Assembly: GCA_027619995.1 (NCBI GenBank)
Contig: JAQCGR010000002.1
Span: 1 to 38,319, forward strand
DNA length: 38,319 nt
Direction: 5' to 3'
Origin: Pseudomonadota bacterium
GTDB taxonomy: Bacteria > Pseudomonadota > Alphaproteobacteria > CADEGL01
The position numbers were made by a program, and so were the translations under genes. The notes under the pieces are model-generated. The model worked only from the letters and a program-made list of their open reading frames with translations. It did not search any database and had not been told where the DNA came from. Positions 26,472-35,031 of the stretch are shown in pieces. Position 1 is the first letter of the stretch. Every line of letters begins with the position of its first letter.

Positions 26472-27836
26472 ATGTCGAAGGGCATGATGACCATCGAGGA
26501 ACTGCGCGCGGCGGTTGAAGCGGGCGAGATCGACACCGTTCTCGTCTGCTTCGTCGATATGCAGGGCCGATTGATCGGCAAGCGGGTGACCGGCTGGTTC
26601 TTCCTCGAACACGGCCAGGAAGAACTTCATGCCTGCGACTATCTGCTGACCGTCGATATGGCGATGGAGCCGGTGCCCGGCTATGCCACGGCGTCCTGGG
26701 ACAAGGGCTATGGCGATTTCGTCATGCGCCCCGATATGGCGACCTTGCGCCGCGCGCCCTGGCTCGAAGGCACCGCCCTCATGCTCGCCGATGTGCTGGA
26801 TCACCACGGTGAATTGCTCCCCCATGCCCCGCGCTCGATGCTCGCCAACCAACTCGCGAAAGCGCGGGAGATGGGCTTCGTCTCCAAGATCGGTACGGAA
26901 CTGGAACTCTATGTATTCGACGAGCCGGTGGAAGCGATGGCCGAGCGCGGGTTCCGCAACCCGAAGACGGCCGGGCGCTATATCCAGGACTATCACATCC
27001 TCCAGACGACGCGGGAGGAGCCGCTGATCCGCGCCATCCGCAACGCCTTGGACAATTCCGGCATCCCGGTCGAATTCTCGAAAGGCGAATGGGGCCCTGG
27101 TCAGGAGGAGATCAATCTGCGCTACGCCGAGGCGCAGGAGATGTGCGACCGGCACACCATCTACAAGAACGCGGCGAAGGAAATCGCCCATCTGCAGGGC
27201 AAGGCGGTCACCTTCATGGCCAAATGGAATCACGATATGGCCGGCAATTCCTGCCATATCCACAATTCCCTATGGACCGCCGATACGGACGAGGCCGTGA
27301 TGCACGATCCGGCGGACCCGCATGGCATGTCCCAGACCTTCAAGCACTACCTGGCCGGGCAGCTCGCGGCCGTGCGCGACATGACCTATTTCCTCGCCCC
27401 GACCATCAATTCCTACAAGCGTTTCCAGGCCGGCTCCTTCGCCCCGACCAAGGCGGTGTGGAGCGGCGACAACCGCACGGCCGGATTCCGGCTGGTCGGC
27501 CAGGGCTCGGCGCTGCGGGTCGAATGCCGGATTCCGGGCGCGGATGTGAACCCCTATCTCGCCACCGCCGCGTTGGTCGGCGCCGGGCTCCATGGCATCG
27601 AAAACCAGATGGAGCTCGAACCCATGGTCAAGGGCAACGCCTATCACCAGAAGGTCCGCGAAATTCCCAAGACCCTGGTCGATGCCATCGCACTGCTCGA
27701 CGGCTCGGACCTGATGCGCGCGATATTCGGCGATCAGGTAATCGACCACTACGTCCACACCGCGCGCTGGGAACAGGCCGAATTCGACCGCAAGGTCACA
27801 GATTGGGAATTGCAGCGCTACTTCGAACAGGTCTAG
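26472..27836 (+). CDS. glutamine synthetase family protein (GlnA-like; possibly a gamma-glutamyl-amine ligase)
   Basis: 454-codon ORF, AGGGGA upstream of the ATG at 26472. GS catalytic-domain signatures GNSCHIHNSLW and NPYLATAALVGAGLHGI. The size and N-terminus resemble PuuA/GlnA-paralogue ligases. Confidence 0.82.
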   Translation: MSKGMMTIEELRAAVEAGEIDTVLVCFVDMQGRLIGKRVTGWFFLEHGQEELHACDYLLTVDMAMEPVPGYATASWDKGYGDFVMRPDMATLRRAPWLEGTALMLADVLDHHGELLPHAPRSMLANQLAKAREMGFVSKIGTELELYVFDEPVEAMAERGFRNPKTAGRYIQDYHILQTTREEPLIRAIRNALDNSGIPVEFSKGEWGPGQEEINLRYAEAQEMCDRHTIYKNAAKEIAHLQGKAVTFMAKWNHDMAGNSCHIHNSLWTADTDEAVMHDPADPHGMSQTFKHYLAGQLAAVRDMTYFLAPTINSYKRFQAGSFAPTKAVWSGDNRTAGFRLVGQGSALRVECRIPGADVNPYLATAALVGAGLHGIENQMELEPMVKGNAYHQKVREIPKTLVDAIALLDGSDLMRAIFGDQVIDHYVHTARWEQAEFDRKVTDWELQRYFEQV

Positions 27837-27877
27837 GCAGGAGGCACCCGCTCCCTCCCCGACCCGCCGATAACGGT

Positions 27878-28444
27878 CTAGTCGTCGGTCAGCATCTTCA
27901 TCTTGCCGTGGCCGCCGGCGTCCTTGTCCATCCCATCCTTGTCCATCCCGTCATGGCCGGTACCGTGCATCTTGCCGCCATGGCTGGCACCCATCGCGTT
28001 CGACGCCTTGACGATGACCTCAACCTGGATCGGACCCGATCGTTCGAGGATCAGGGTCAGAGGAAAGCTCTCGCCCTCCTTCAGAGGCTCCGTCAGACCG
28101 AGCAGCATCACATGCAGGCCGCCCGGCTCCATTATCGCGGTCTCGCCCGCCGGCAGATCGACAGCGGCGGCCGGGCGCATCTTCGCCACCCCGTCATCCA
28201 TCATATGAGTGTGCAGTTCGGCCTTGGCCGCGACGGGACTCTCGACGCCGACGATGCGGTCTGCCTTGTCACCCCTGTTCGACAATGTGATGAATGCCGC
28301 GCCGTTGGTCGTGCCTGCCAGGCTCGCGTTGGCCCAGACATCGACCACTTTGATGCCTTGAGCGTTGTCATCGGCTAAAGCGTGCGAACTCAGATGCATG
28401 ACGGCCGCGGCGAAAAGCACCGCGGCGATACGAATGGTGTACAT
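27878..28444 (-). CDS. copper chaperone PCu(A)C (DUF461) with His/Met/Asp-rich C-terminal tail
   Basis: Signal peptide, then the PCuAC core with HTHMM...M and GGLHVML copper-ligand segments. The extra tail is GASHGGKMHGTGHDGMDKDGMDKDAGGHGKMKM. Confidence 0.8.
   Translation of the reverse strand: MYTIRIAAVLFAAAVMHLSSHALADDNAQGIKVVDVWANASLAGTTNGAAFITLSNRGDKADRIVGVESPVAAKAELHTHMMDDGVAKMRPAAAVDLPAGETAIMEPGGLHVMLLGLTEPLKEGESFPLTLILERSGPIQVEVIVKASNAMGASHGGKMHGTGHDGMDKDGMDKDAGGHGKMKMLTDD
27921..27950. repeat. 2 x 15-bp tandem repeat inside the PCuAC tail (encodes DGMDK-DGMDK)
   Basis: tccttgtccatccca / tccttgtccatcccg, 14/15 identical, adjacent and in frame. Confidence 0.9.
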
Positions 28445-28530
28445 TCTCAGGTCCTCGAATTTCGATCGTCCGAGCGCGGCCGCGACATTGGCTGTGCCAT
28501 ACCGTGGGGCCGCGCGATGCTAGGGGGTCG

Positions 28531-28959
28531 TCAGACGAGCGAGGGCGGACCGCGCGGCGGATGCGCCGCCGGAATCAGATTCGACCGGAGGGCCAGGCGC
28601 GCCGAGATCGTCGGCGGCTCCGCCCATCCGGCCAGAACGGGCGTAACCGGCGTTTCGGGCGGGCCGAGAATATGGGCCGCCCCCATTGCCGTGCAGACGG
28701 GGCAGGACGGGGTCGAGCGATCGGTCGGCGCCGGCCGGTCGGCCGGCAGATCCCCGACCACCAGACGGACAACACCCCGCGCCGTGCAGATCTCGAGAAA
28801 ACCGGCGATCGCCGCCGTGCTCGATGCGCCGGGCGCCGGCACCGGCGAGGCGTGCAACGGACCGGCCGCGACCTGGATCAATACCAAGCCGACCGCCAGC
28901 GCGTGATTGACGCGCCGTCCGAAGCAACGAAGAAATTTGTGGCGGTGCCCGATAGCCAT
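28531..28959 (-). CDS. DUF2946-like small exported Cys-motif protein
   Basis: MAIGHRHKFLRCFGRRVNHALAVGLVLIQVAAGPLHA..., then EICTARG and PSCPVCTAMG. This resembles DUF2946 proteins, which I recall as neighbours of copper genes. It lies directly upstream of PCuAC on the same strand. ATG at 28957-28959; the tracked GTG is at 28977. Low-complexity composition makes this the weakest CDS call. Confidence 0.5.
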   Translation of the reverse strand: MAIGHRHKFLRCFGRRVNHALAVGLVLIQVAAGPLHASPVPAPGASSTAAIAGFLEICTARGVVRLVVGDLPADRPAPTDRSTPSCPVCTAMGAAHILGPPETPVTPVLAGWAEPPTISARLALRSNLIPAAHPPRGPPSLV

Positions 28960-29062
28960 GGCCGGACTATAGTTCACCCCCCGGCCGGGGCCACAGTTTC
29001 ATTGCCCGCCCGTCGCCGGATTCGTAGAAATGACCCTCGCGCCCTCAGAGGAAAGAAACGCC

Positions 29063-30232
29063 ATGTCGATCAAGCTCACCGGCAATTGGAGCTACCCCAC
29101 CGCCATGCGCTTTGGCGCGGGCCGGATCGCCGAATTGCCGGATGCCTGCAAGGCCCTGGGCATGGCCCGGCCGCTCCTGGTCACCGATCCCGGCCTGGCC
29201 GGCCTGCCTATGATTGCGGCGGCCTTGGCCCGGAACAGCGATGCCGGCCTGCCGACCGGCCTGTTCAGCGAGGTGCGCGGCAATCCGGTGGGCGCGAATG
29301 TCGACGCGGGCGTCGCGGTCTACCGGGCCGGCGGCCATGACGGCATGATCGCCTTTGGCGGCGGCAGCGCGATGGACGCCGCCAAGGGCATCGCCCTGAT
29401 GGTCGGCCAGGACCGGCCGATCTGGGATTTCGAGGATATCGACGACAACTGGACGCGCGCCAAGGCCGATGCGATCGCCCCCATCGTGGCCGTGCCGACA
29501 ACGGCAGGCACCGGATCGGAGGTCGGCCGTGCCGGCGTCATCGTGAACGAGGCGACCCATACCAAGGTCATCGTCTTCCACCCGCGCCTGCTGCCCGGAC
29601 AGGTCATCCTCGATCCGGAACTAACGGTGGGCCTGCCGCGGCATGTCACCGCGGCGACGGGCATGGACGCGCTGGCCCATAACCTGGAAGCCTTCTGCGC
29701 GCCGACCTTCCATCCCATGGGCGAAGGAATCGCGGTCGAGGGCATGCGTCTCGTCAAGGAATTCCTGCCCCGCGCGGTGGCCGACGGTACCGATATCGAG
29801 GCGCGCGGCAACATGATGGCGGCGGCCAGCATGGGCGCCGTCGCCTTCCAGAAGGGCCTGGGCGCGATCCATTCGCTGAGCCATCCCCTGGGCGCCGTCT
29901 ACGACACCCATCACGGCCTGACCAATGCCGTGGTCATGCCCTATGTGCTGGATTTCAACCGCCCGGCCATTGAAGAGAAATGCGCCCGCCTCGCGCGCTG
30001 GTTGGATCTACCCGAGCCGGGTTTCGACGGTGTCCGCCGCTGGGTTCTCGACCTGCGGGCGGAACTGGGTATTCCCCATACCCTGGCCGAGATCGGCGTG
30101 GATGACCGCCGCATCGACGAGATCGCCGCCATGGCGACGACCGACCCTAGCGCGGGCACAAATCCCGTGCCGCTCGACGATGCCGGACACCGCGCCATGC
30201 TCGAAGCCGCCCTCGCCGGCCACCTGGCCTGA
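29063..30232 (+). CDS. iron-containing (group III) alcohol dehydrogenase
   Basis: AGAGGAAAG upstream of the ATG at 29063. NAD-binding FGGGSAMDAAKG and metal-binding His cluster IHSLSHPLGAVYDTHHG. Confidence 0.85.
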   Translation: MSIKLTGNWSYPTAMRFGAGRIAELPDACKALGMARPLLVTDPGLAGLPMIAAALARNSDAGLPTGLFSEVRGNPVGANVDAGVAVYRAGGHDGMIAFGGGSAMDAAKGIALMVGQDRPIWDFEDIDDNWTRAKADAIAPIVAVPTTAGTGSEVGRAGVIVNEATHTKVIVFHPRLLPGQVILDPELTVGLPRHVTAATGMDALAHNLEAFCAPTFHPMGEGIAVEGMRLVKEFLPRAVADGTDIEARGNMMAAASMGAVAFQKGLGAIHSLSHPLGAVYDTHHGLTNAVVMPYVLDFNRPAIEEKCARLARWLDLPEPGFDGVRRWVLDLRAELGIPHTLAEIGVDDRRIDEIAAMATTDPSAGTNPVPLDDAGHRAMLEAALAGHLA

Positions 30233-30244
30233 CGCAGGCGCAAC

Positions 30245-31975
30245 CTAGAGGCGGAGCGTCTCGCCGGTCTGGCCCGATGCGCCGGGGCGGGTCCGGCGGA
30301 TCGCCGCCGACAGGCCGATCACCGGCAGGATGACCGTGGCGACGATCAGCAACGCCCAGACCGAAGCCTCGTCGTATTGCTCGTCGATCGCATATTCATA
30401 GGCCCGGATCGCCAGGGTGTTCACCCCAAAGGGCCGAAGGATGATGCTGGCCGGCAGTTCCTTCATCACCTCGACGAAGACCAACAGGCCGGCCGTCAGG
30501 ATGCTGCCGCTGACGATCGGCGCATGGATATGGCACAGCATGGAGACCGGCCGCTCGCCGAGCAGGCGGGCTGCACCATCTATGCTCTGCGGAATGCGCG
30601 CGAGGCCCGCCTCGACCGCGCCATAGCCCACCGCGACGAAGCGCACGAGATAGGCGAAGAGCATCGCCGCGACCGTGCCGCTGAGGATCAGGCCCGTGCC
30701 GAACCCGAGATTTTCTCGCGCCAGGCCGTCGACGAAATTGTCCAGGGCGCCAAAGGGAATCAGGATACCGATGGCGATCACCGACCCCGGCAGGGCGTAT
30801 CCGAGGCTGGCGAAACGCGCCAGGGCCCGCACGGGGGCTGAGCCGTCGAGCCGCACGCCGTAGGCTAGAATGACGCCCACGACGACGACCAGGGCGGCGG
30901 CGGCGGCGCCGAGCCCCAGGCTGGTCGCGGCGTCGCCCCAGAAACCCGCCAGAAGATCCGTGTCGATTACGCCCAGGGCGTTCACCAGCAGCACGGTTGC
31001 GGGCAGCAGAAAACCGAGAACGATAGGCGCCGCGCAACAAACCACGGCCAGACCGGCAGCCCCGCCGCGCAGCGGCAGGGTCGCCAGGCTGCGATAGCGC
31101 CCGGTCGTGTGCTGATAGCGCAACCGCCGACGCGACCAGCGCTCGATCAGGATAAGGCCAAGCACGAAGACCAGCAGCATGCAGGCCAGACGCGCCGCGG
31201 CAGGTACGTCGTACATGATCAGCCAGGCCTTGTAGATGCCGGTGGTGAAGACATTGACGGCGAAGAAGCTGACCGTGCCGAAATCGGCCGCCGTCTCCAT
31301 CAGCGCCAGAGCGACGCCGACGGCCACGGCCGGCCTCAGCAACGGCAAAGCAACCTGGAAAACCGAACCCCATACTCCGCAGCCCAGGGTGCGGCTGGCT
31401 TCGAGCACGCAGACCGACTGGGCGATCAGCGAGGCGCGGGCGAGAAGATATACATAGGGGTAAAGCGCCAGGGACAGCACGATGACCGCGCCGGGCAGGG
31501 AACGAATCTGCGGAAACCAGTAGTCGCGTGGTGACTGCCACCCGAAGACCTCGCGCAGGGCCCCTTGGACCGGCCCCGCGAATTCCAGGATATCGGTATA
31601 GAGAAACGCCAGGATATAGGCCGGCATGGCGAAGGGCAGCAGCAGCGCCCATTCCATGACCCGGACTCCGGGAAAGCGGCAATTGGTCACCAGCCAGGCC
31701 GTCGGCACACCGAGCAGGGTGGTGCCGATGGCGACCCCCGCCATCAGCAGGACCGTGTTCTTGAAATAGCCGGCGAGGACCGTGTCCAGCAGATGCGTCC
31801 AAGCGCCGTCCGATTCGGCCATCGCCATCCACACCACCGCGATCACCGGCAGAGCGAGCAAAAGGCAGAGCAGTCCGAGTCCCGTGGTCCAGAAACGCGA
31901 GGCGCGGGCGGAGCGGGACAACGTCCCGCCACGCCCGCGCCCGGCGGTATCGATGGTGAATTGTTGGGCGCTCAC
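30245..31975 (-). CDS. Fe(3+)-type ABC transporter permease (fused two-domain, FbpB-like)
   Basis: 576-codon hydrophobic ORF with two tandem ABC permease halves. GTG start 31973-31975 after GGAG. Sits 22 nt downstream of the binding-protein gene. Confidence 0.82.
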   Translation of the reverse strand: MSAQQFTIDTAGRGRGGTLSRSARASRFWTTGLGLLCLLLALPVIAVVWMAMAESDGAWTHLLDTVLAGYFKNTVLLMAGVAIGTTLLGVPTAWLVTNCRFPGVRVMEWALLLPFAMPAYILAFLYTDILEFAGPVQGALREVFGWQSPRDYWFPQIRSLPGAVIVLSLALYPYVYLLARASLIAQSVCVLEASRTLGCGVWGSVFQVALPLLRPAVAVGVALALMETAADFGTVSFFAVNVFTTGIYKAWLIMYDVPAAARLACMLLVFVLGLILIERWSRRRLRYQHTTGRYRSLATLPLRGGAAGLAVVCCAAPIVLGFLLPATVLLVNALGVIDTDLLAGFWGDAATSLGLGAAAAALVVVVGVILAYGVRLDGSAPVRALARFASLGYALPGSVIAIGILIPFGALDNFVDGLARENLGFGTGLILSGTVAAMLFAYLVRFVAVGYGAVEAGLARIPQSIDGAARLLGERPVSMLCHIHAPIVSGSILTAGLLVFVEVMKELPASIILRPFGVNTLAIRAYEYAIDEQYDEASVWALLIVATVILPVIGLSAAIRRTRPGASGQTGETLRL

Positions 31976-31997
31976 GCCGGAGCTCCGGCGTCCGGCT

Positions 31998-33059
31998 CTA
32001 CTGCCAGCCGGCGCGGTCGATCAGCTTCTGAGCCGCCGGGGACAGTTCCGCGATCTTTTCGATATTGACCGTATCGGGCTTCAACTCGCCCCAGGACGCG
32101 ACCATGGGATCGAGCGCCACGCCCGCCTTGATCGGGTATTCGAAATTGTCCCGGGCATACATCTCCTGGGCCTCGTCCCCAGTCAGGAACTCGATCAGGG
32201 CAATGCCCTCCTTCGGGTGCGGCGCGTGTTTGGTCAGGCCGGCACCGGAAATGTTCACATGGGTTCCCCGATCGTCGCCATTCGGGAAGAAGATCGACGT
32301 GGCCGCGGCCCATTCCTTCTCCTCGGGCTTCTCGTCGTTGGTTGCCATCTTGCCCATGTAGTATGTGTTGCCGATGGCGATATCGCACTCGCCCTCTTTC
32401 ACAGCCTTGACCTGGGCGCGGTCGTTGCCTTGGGGCTTGCGAGCGAAATTGGCGACGATTCCGCGCACGATCTCTTCCGCCTTCTCCTCGCCATGGGCCG
32501 CGATCAGCGACGCGACGAGAGCGACGTTATAGCCGTGGTTGCCCGTGCGCACGCAGATGCGCCCCTTCCATTTCGGATCGGCCAGATCCTCGTAAGTGGA
32601 CAATTCGGCCGGGTCGACGCGGTCCTTGGCGAAATAGATCACCCGGGCCCGCGTGGTCAGGCCGGTCCATTCTCCGCCCGGATCGCGGAAGGAGGCCGGG
32701 ATATTCGCGTCCACGACATCGGAACGAATCGGCTGCAACAGATCGTCGCCCTTGAGCGCGGCCAGATTCTCGACGCCCACGGTCAGCACGACATCGGCCG
32801 GCGTGTTCTTGCCCTCCGCCTTCAACCGTTCGATCAGCCCTTCTTTGATGAAGACGACATTGACCTTGACGCCCGTCTCTTCGGAGAAGCGGTCGAGGAA
32901 CGGCGAAATTAGATATTCCTGCCGGGTCGAATAGACATTGACCTCATCCGCCGCAACGGCGCGGCTCGCATCGAAACCCGTGGCGCCCGCCGCCAGCGCG
33001 CAAGCGGCCAGCATGCCCCTGCGCAGAAATCCGCGTTTCACTCCAACTTCCGCCTGCAT
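31998..33059 (-). CDS. Fe(3+) ABC transporter periplasmic substrate-binding protein (FbpA/AfuA-like)
   Basis: Start at ATG 33057-33059, with a signal peptide (KRGFLRRGMLAACALAAGATGFDASRAVA). The mature protein VNVYSTRQEYLISPFLDRFSEETGVKVNVVF... is typical of ferric-iron binding proteins. The tracked 75-codon upstream extension is rejected. Confidence 0.83.
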   Translation of the reverse strand: MQAEVGVKRGFLRRGMLAACALAAGATGFDASRAVAADEVNVYSTRQEYLISPFLDRFSEETGVKVNVVFIKEGLIERLKAEGKNTPADVVLTVGVENLAALKGDDLLQPIRSDVVDANIPASFRDPGGEWTGLTTRARVIYFAKDRVDPAELSTYEDLADPKWKGRICVRTGNHGYNVALVASLIAAHGEEKAEEIVRGIVANFARKPQGNDRAQVKAVKEGECDIAIGNTYYMGKMATNDEKPEEKEWAAATSIFFPNGDDRGTHVNISGAGLTKHAPHPKEGIALIEFLTGDEAQEMYARDNFEYPIKAGVALDPMVASWGELKPDTVNIEKIAELSPAAQKLIDRAGWQ

Positions 33060-33120
33060 ATTCGTCTCCGTCCCGCCCGGGGCTTGCCCCGTCGGTCCAT
33101 CCGAGGGGGACGGCATACAT

Positions 33121-33144
33121 ATTGCGAATTGATCGCATTCGCAA
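33121..33144. promoter_or_regulatory. TTGCGAAT-N7-ATTCGCAA inverted repeat, candidate iron-responsive operator of the Fe3+ ABC operon
   Basis: Perfect 8-bp arms (33122-33129 / 33137-33144), 62-85 nt upstream of the binding-protein ATG. 19/24 identical to the motif at 12703-12726. A related TTTGCGAAAT lies at 33152-33161. Confidence 0.45.
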
Positions 33145-33160
33145 GAGTGAGTTTGCGAAA

Positions 33161-34927
33161 TCAGAATCCGTCGAGGGCGTCGGCCACGCCGGAAACCGCC
33201 GTCGACCAGTCCCCCGCCTTGGTCTGACGCACCAGGCGCATGGTCGGATACCAGGGCATGCGTGCGCCGGACGCGAGCCAACACCAGTCGGGCGCATAGG
33301 GCACGAAGGTCAGGGACGGCGTGCCCAAGGCTCCGGCAAAATGGGCCACGGCATTGGTAGTCGAGATCACCAGGTCCAAGGCCGCGACCTGGGCCGCCAC
33401 CCCGTCAAGGTCGCGGGTTGGATCGATCGTCGGATCGCGGTGGACACGCACGAGGGTGCGCTCCGCCAGTTCGTGCAATTCGTTCCCGACATCGCCGTAT
33501 TGCAGGGTGACGAAATGCGCGTTTTGGCGCTGGAGCACCGGTTCGAGTTCCTCAAGGGTCACGCTGCGGCCCCGGGGATCGTGAGAGCCCGTGCGCCAGG
33601 CGATGCCGATCTTGAGCCCGGGACCGAGTTCGGCATAGCGAAGCCCTGCGGCCTCGATCCGCGCCGGATCGGCCGGAAGATAGCCGCGATGCGCCGGAAA
33701 GCGCCCGAGATCGTCGCGCAACCATCGGCCGAGACTGCCCATCGCGCATTGATAGGTGATGGCCGGATCCGTGGTCGGCGCCTCGGACGGATCCGCGCGC
33801 CCGGCCACCTCAATCCCCGGAAAGGACCGGCTAAACAGACGCACCAGCCGGGGATCGCACTCCACCACCACCGCGGCGCCCAGGGCCTGCAGATCCGGGA
33901 TCATCGACGCGAGCATGATTTCGTCGCCGATGCCTTGCTCGCCCCAGATCAGGATCGTCTCGCCGTCGAGCGGCTGGCCTTCCCAACGCGGCTGTCGGAA
34001 CGGCCGGGGCGCGACCAGTCGCCGCAACTCGCGAACCTGGAAGCGCGCCTCATAGCCTTCCCAGCCGTCCCGGAACCGGCCCTGGGTCAGCAGGGAGACC
34101 GACCGGTTGAACCGGGCATTGGCATAGTTGGGATCGGCCGCGATCGCCTTGTCGAAACGCTCGACGGCTTCCGGCATGCGCCGGAGGCGCTGCAGCAGGG
34201 TGCCGGTATTGTTATGGGCCTGAGCGAATTCGGGGCGCAACACGACCGCATAATCATAGGCCTTGAGCGCGAGGTCCGATTCGCCCAGAGCTTCGAGCCC
34301 TCGCCCCAAATTATAGAAGGCCATGGCCGATTTGGGCTGAAGCTGTACCAACTTCTGAAGATGGACGATCGCCTCGGCGGACTGATCGAGGGTCTGCAGC
34401 AGGGTCGCGATATTGTTGAGCGCACCGACATGATTGGGCGCCAGTTCGAGAGTCCGGCGATAGCATGTGATCGCCTTTTCCATGGCTTGCTGTCGGGCAT
34501 GGACGAAACCCAAGGCGAAATGCGCCTCAGGATCGTCCGCGTCGAGCGCGACCGCAAGGCTCAAGGCGGCTCCGGCCTCGGTGATTTCGCCGATCCGGAT
34601 CAGCGCGGTGCCCAGGTTCCGATAGGCGGCTTGCTGGCCGCCGCCCAGTTCGACCGCGCGGCGCAGGCTTGTCGCCGCCTCGCCGTTACGCCCGAGCTTG
34701 AGCAGCACCGTTCCCAGGCTGGCGTGATAGTCCGGCGCGGCATCGTGTTGCGCGATCGCCTTGCGAATCGATTCGACCGCCTCTTCCGACTGACCCTGCT
34801 CGTGAAGCGCCATGCCCAGCAGATGAAGCGAATCGGGGTCGTTGGGCCGTTGCGCGAGAATCTGCTCGAACATGCGCGCCGCATCGCTGAAACGCCGGGC
34901 TTTCATATGCTCAAGCCCCAGGCGCAC
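33161..34927 (-). CDS. TPR-repeat protein with C-terminal glycosyltransferase family 9-like domain
   Basis: The N-terminal ~330 aa are consecutive TPR units (repeated A-x-x-Y/F-x-x-A-L/I-x-x-x-P patterns). The C-terminal half (ILIWGEQGIGDEIMLASMIPDL...VISTTNAVAHFAGALGTP) resembles heptosyltransferase-type GT9 folds. GTG start 34925-34927; alternative ATG at 34904-34906. Confidence 0.72.
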   Translation of the reverse strand: MRLGLEHMKARRFSDAARMFEQILAQRPNDPDSLHLLGMALHEQGQSEEAVESIRKAIAQHDAAPDYHASLGTVLLKLGRNGEAATSLRRAVELGGGQQAAYRNLGTALIRIGEITEAGAALSLAVALDADDPEAHFALGFVHARQQAMEKAITCYRRTLELAPNHVGALNNIATLLQTLDQSAEAIVHLQKLVQLQPKSAMAFYNLGRGLEALGESDLALKAYDYAVVLRPEFAQAHNNTGTLLQRLRRMPEAVERFDKAIAADPNYANARFNRSVSLLTQGRFRDGWEGYEARFQVRELRRLVAPRPFRQPRWEGQPLDGETILIWGEQGIGDEIMLASMIPDLQALGAAVVVECDPRLVRLFSRSFPGIEVAGRADPSEAPTTDPAITYQCAMGSLGRWLRDDLGRFPAHRGYLPADPARIEAAGLRYAELGPGLKIGIAWRTGSHDPRGRSVTLEELEPVLQRQNAHFVTLQYGDVGNELHELAERTLVRVHRDPTIDPTRDLDGVAAQVAALDLVISTTNAVAHFAGALGTPSLTFVPYAPDWCWLASGARMPWYPTMRLVRQTKAGDWSTAVSGVADALDGF

Positions 34928-35031
34928 CGCGTCGCTCAGGGTCCAGGTTTCGGTCCCGGATCGACGCTGTTCGCCCGGCGGGCCGGCCTGGCCGGGACGC
35001 CCTATGGGCGTGAAGGGGGCGCGCTGATCGC

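Noticed and set aside
30396-31832. 478-aa minus-strand ORF in an alternative frame of the ABC permease
   Set aside because: It is Arg/Gly/Pro-rich and non-hydrophobic, whereas the 576-aa frame gives a canonical multi-TM permease.
34974-34996. GC hairpin cccggc-N11-gccggg downstream of putA
   Set aside because: The stem is short, the loop long, and there is no U-tract on the minus strand. It could equally be chance in GC-rich DNA.
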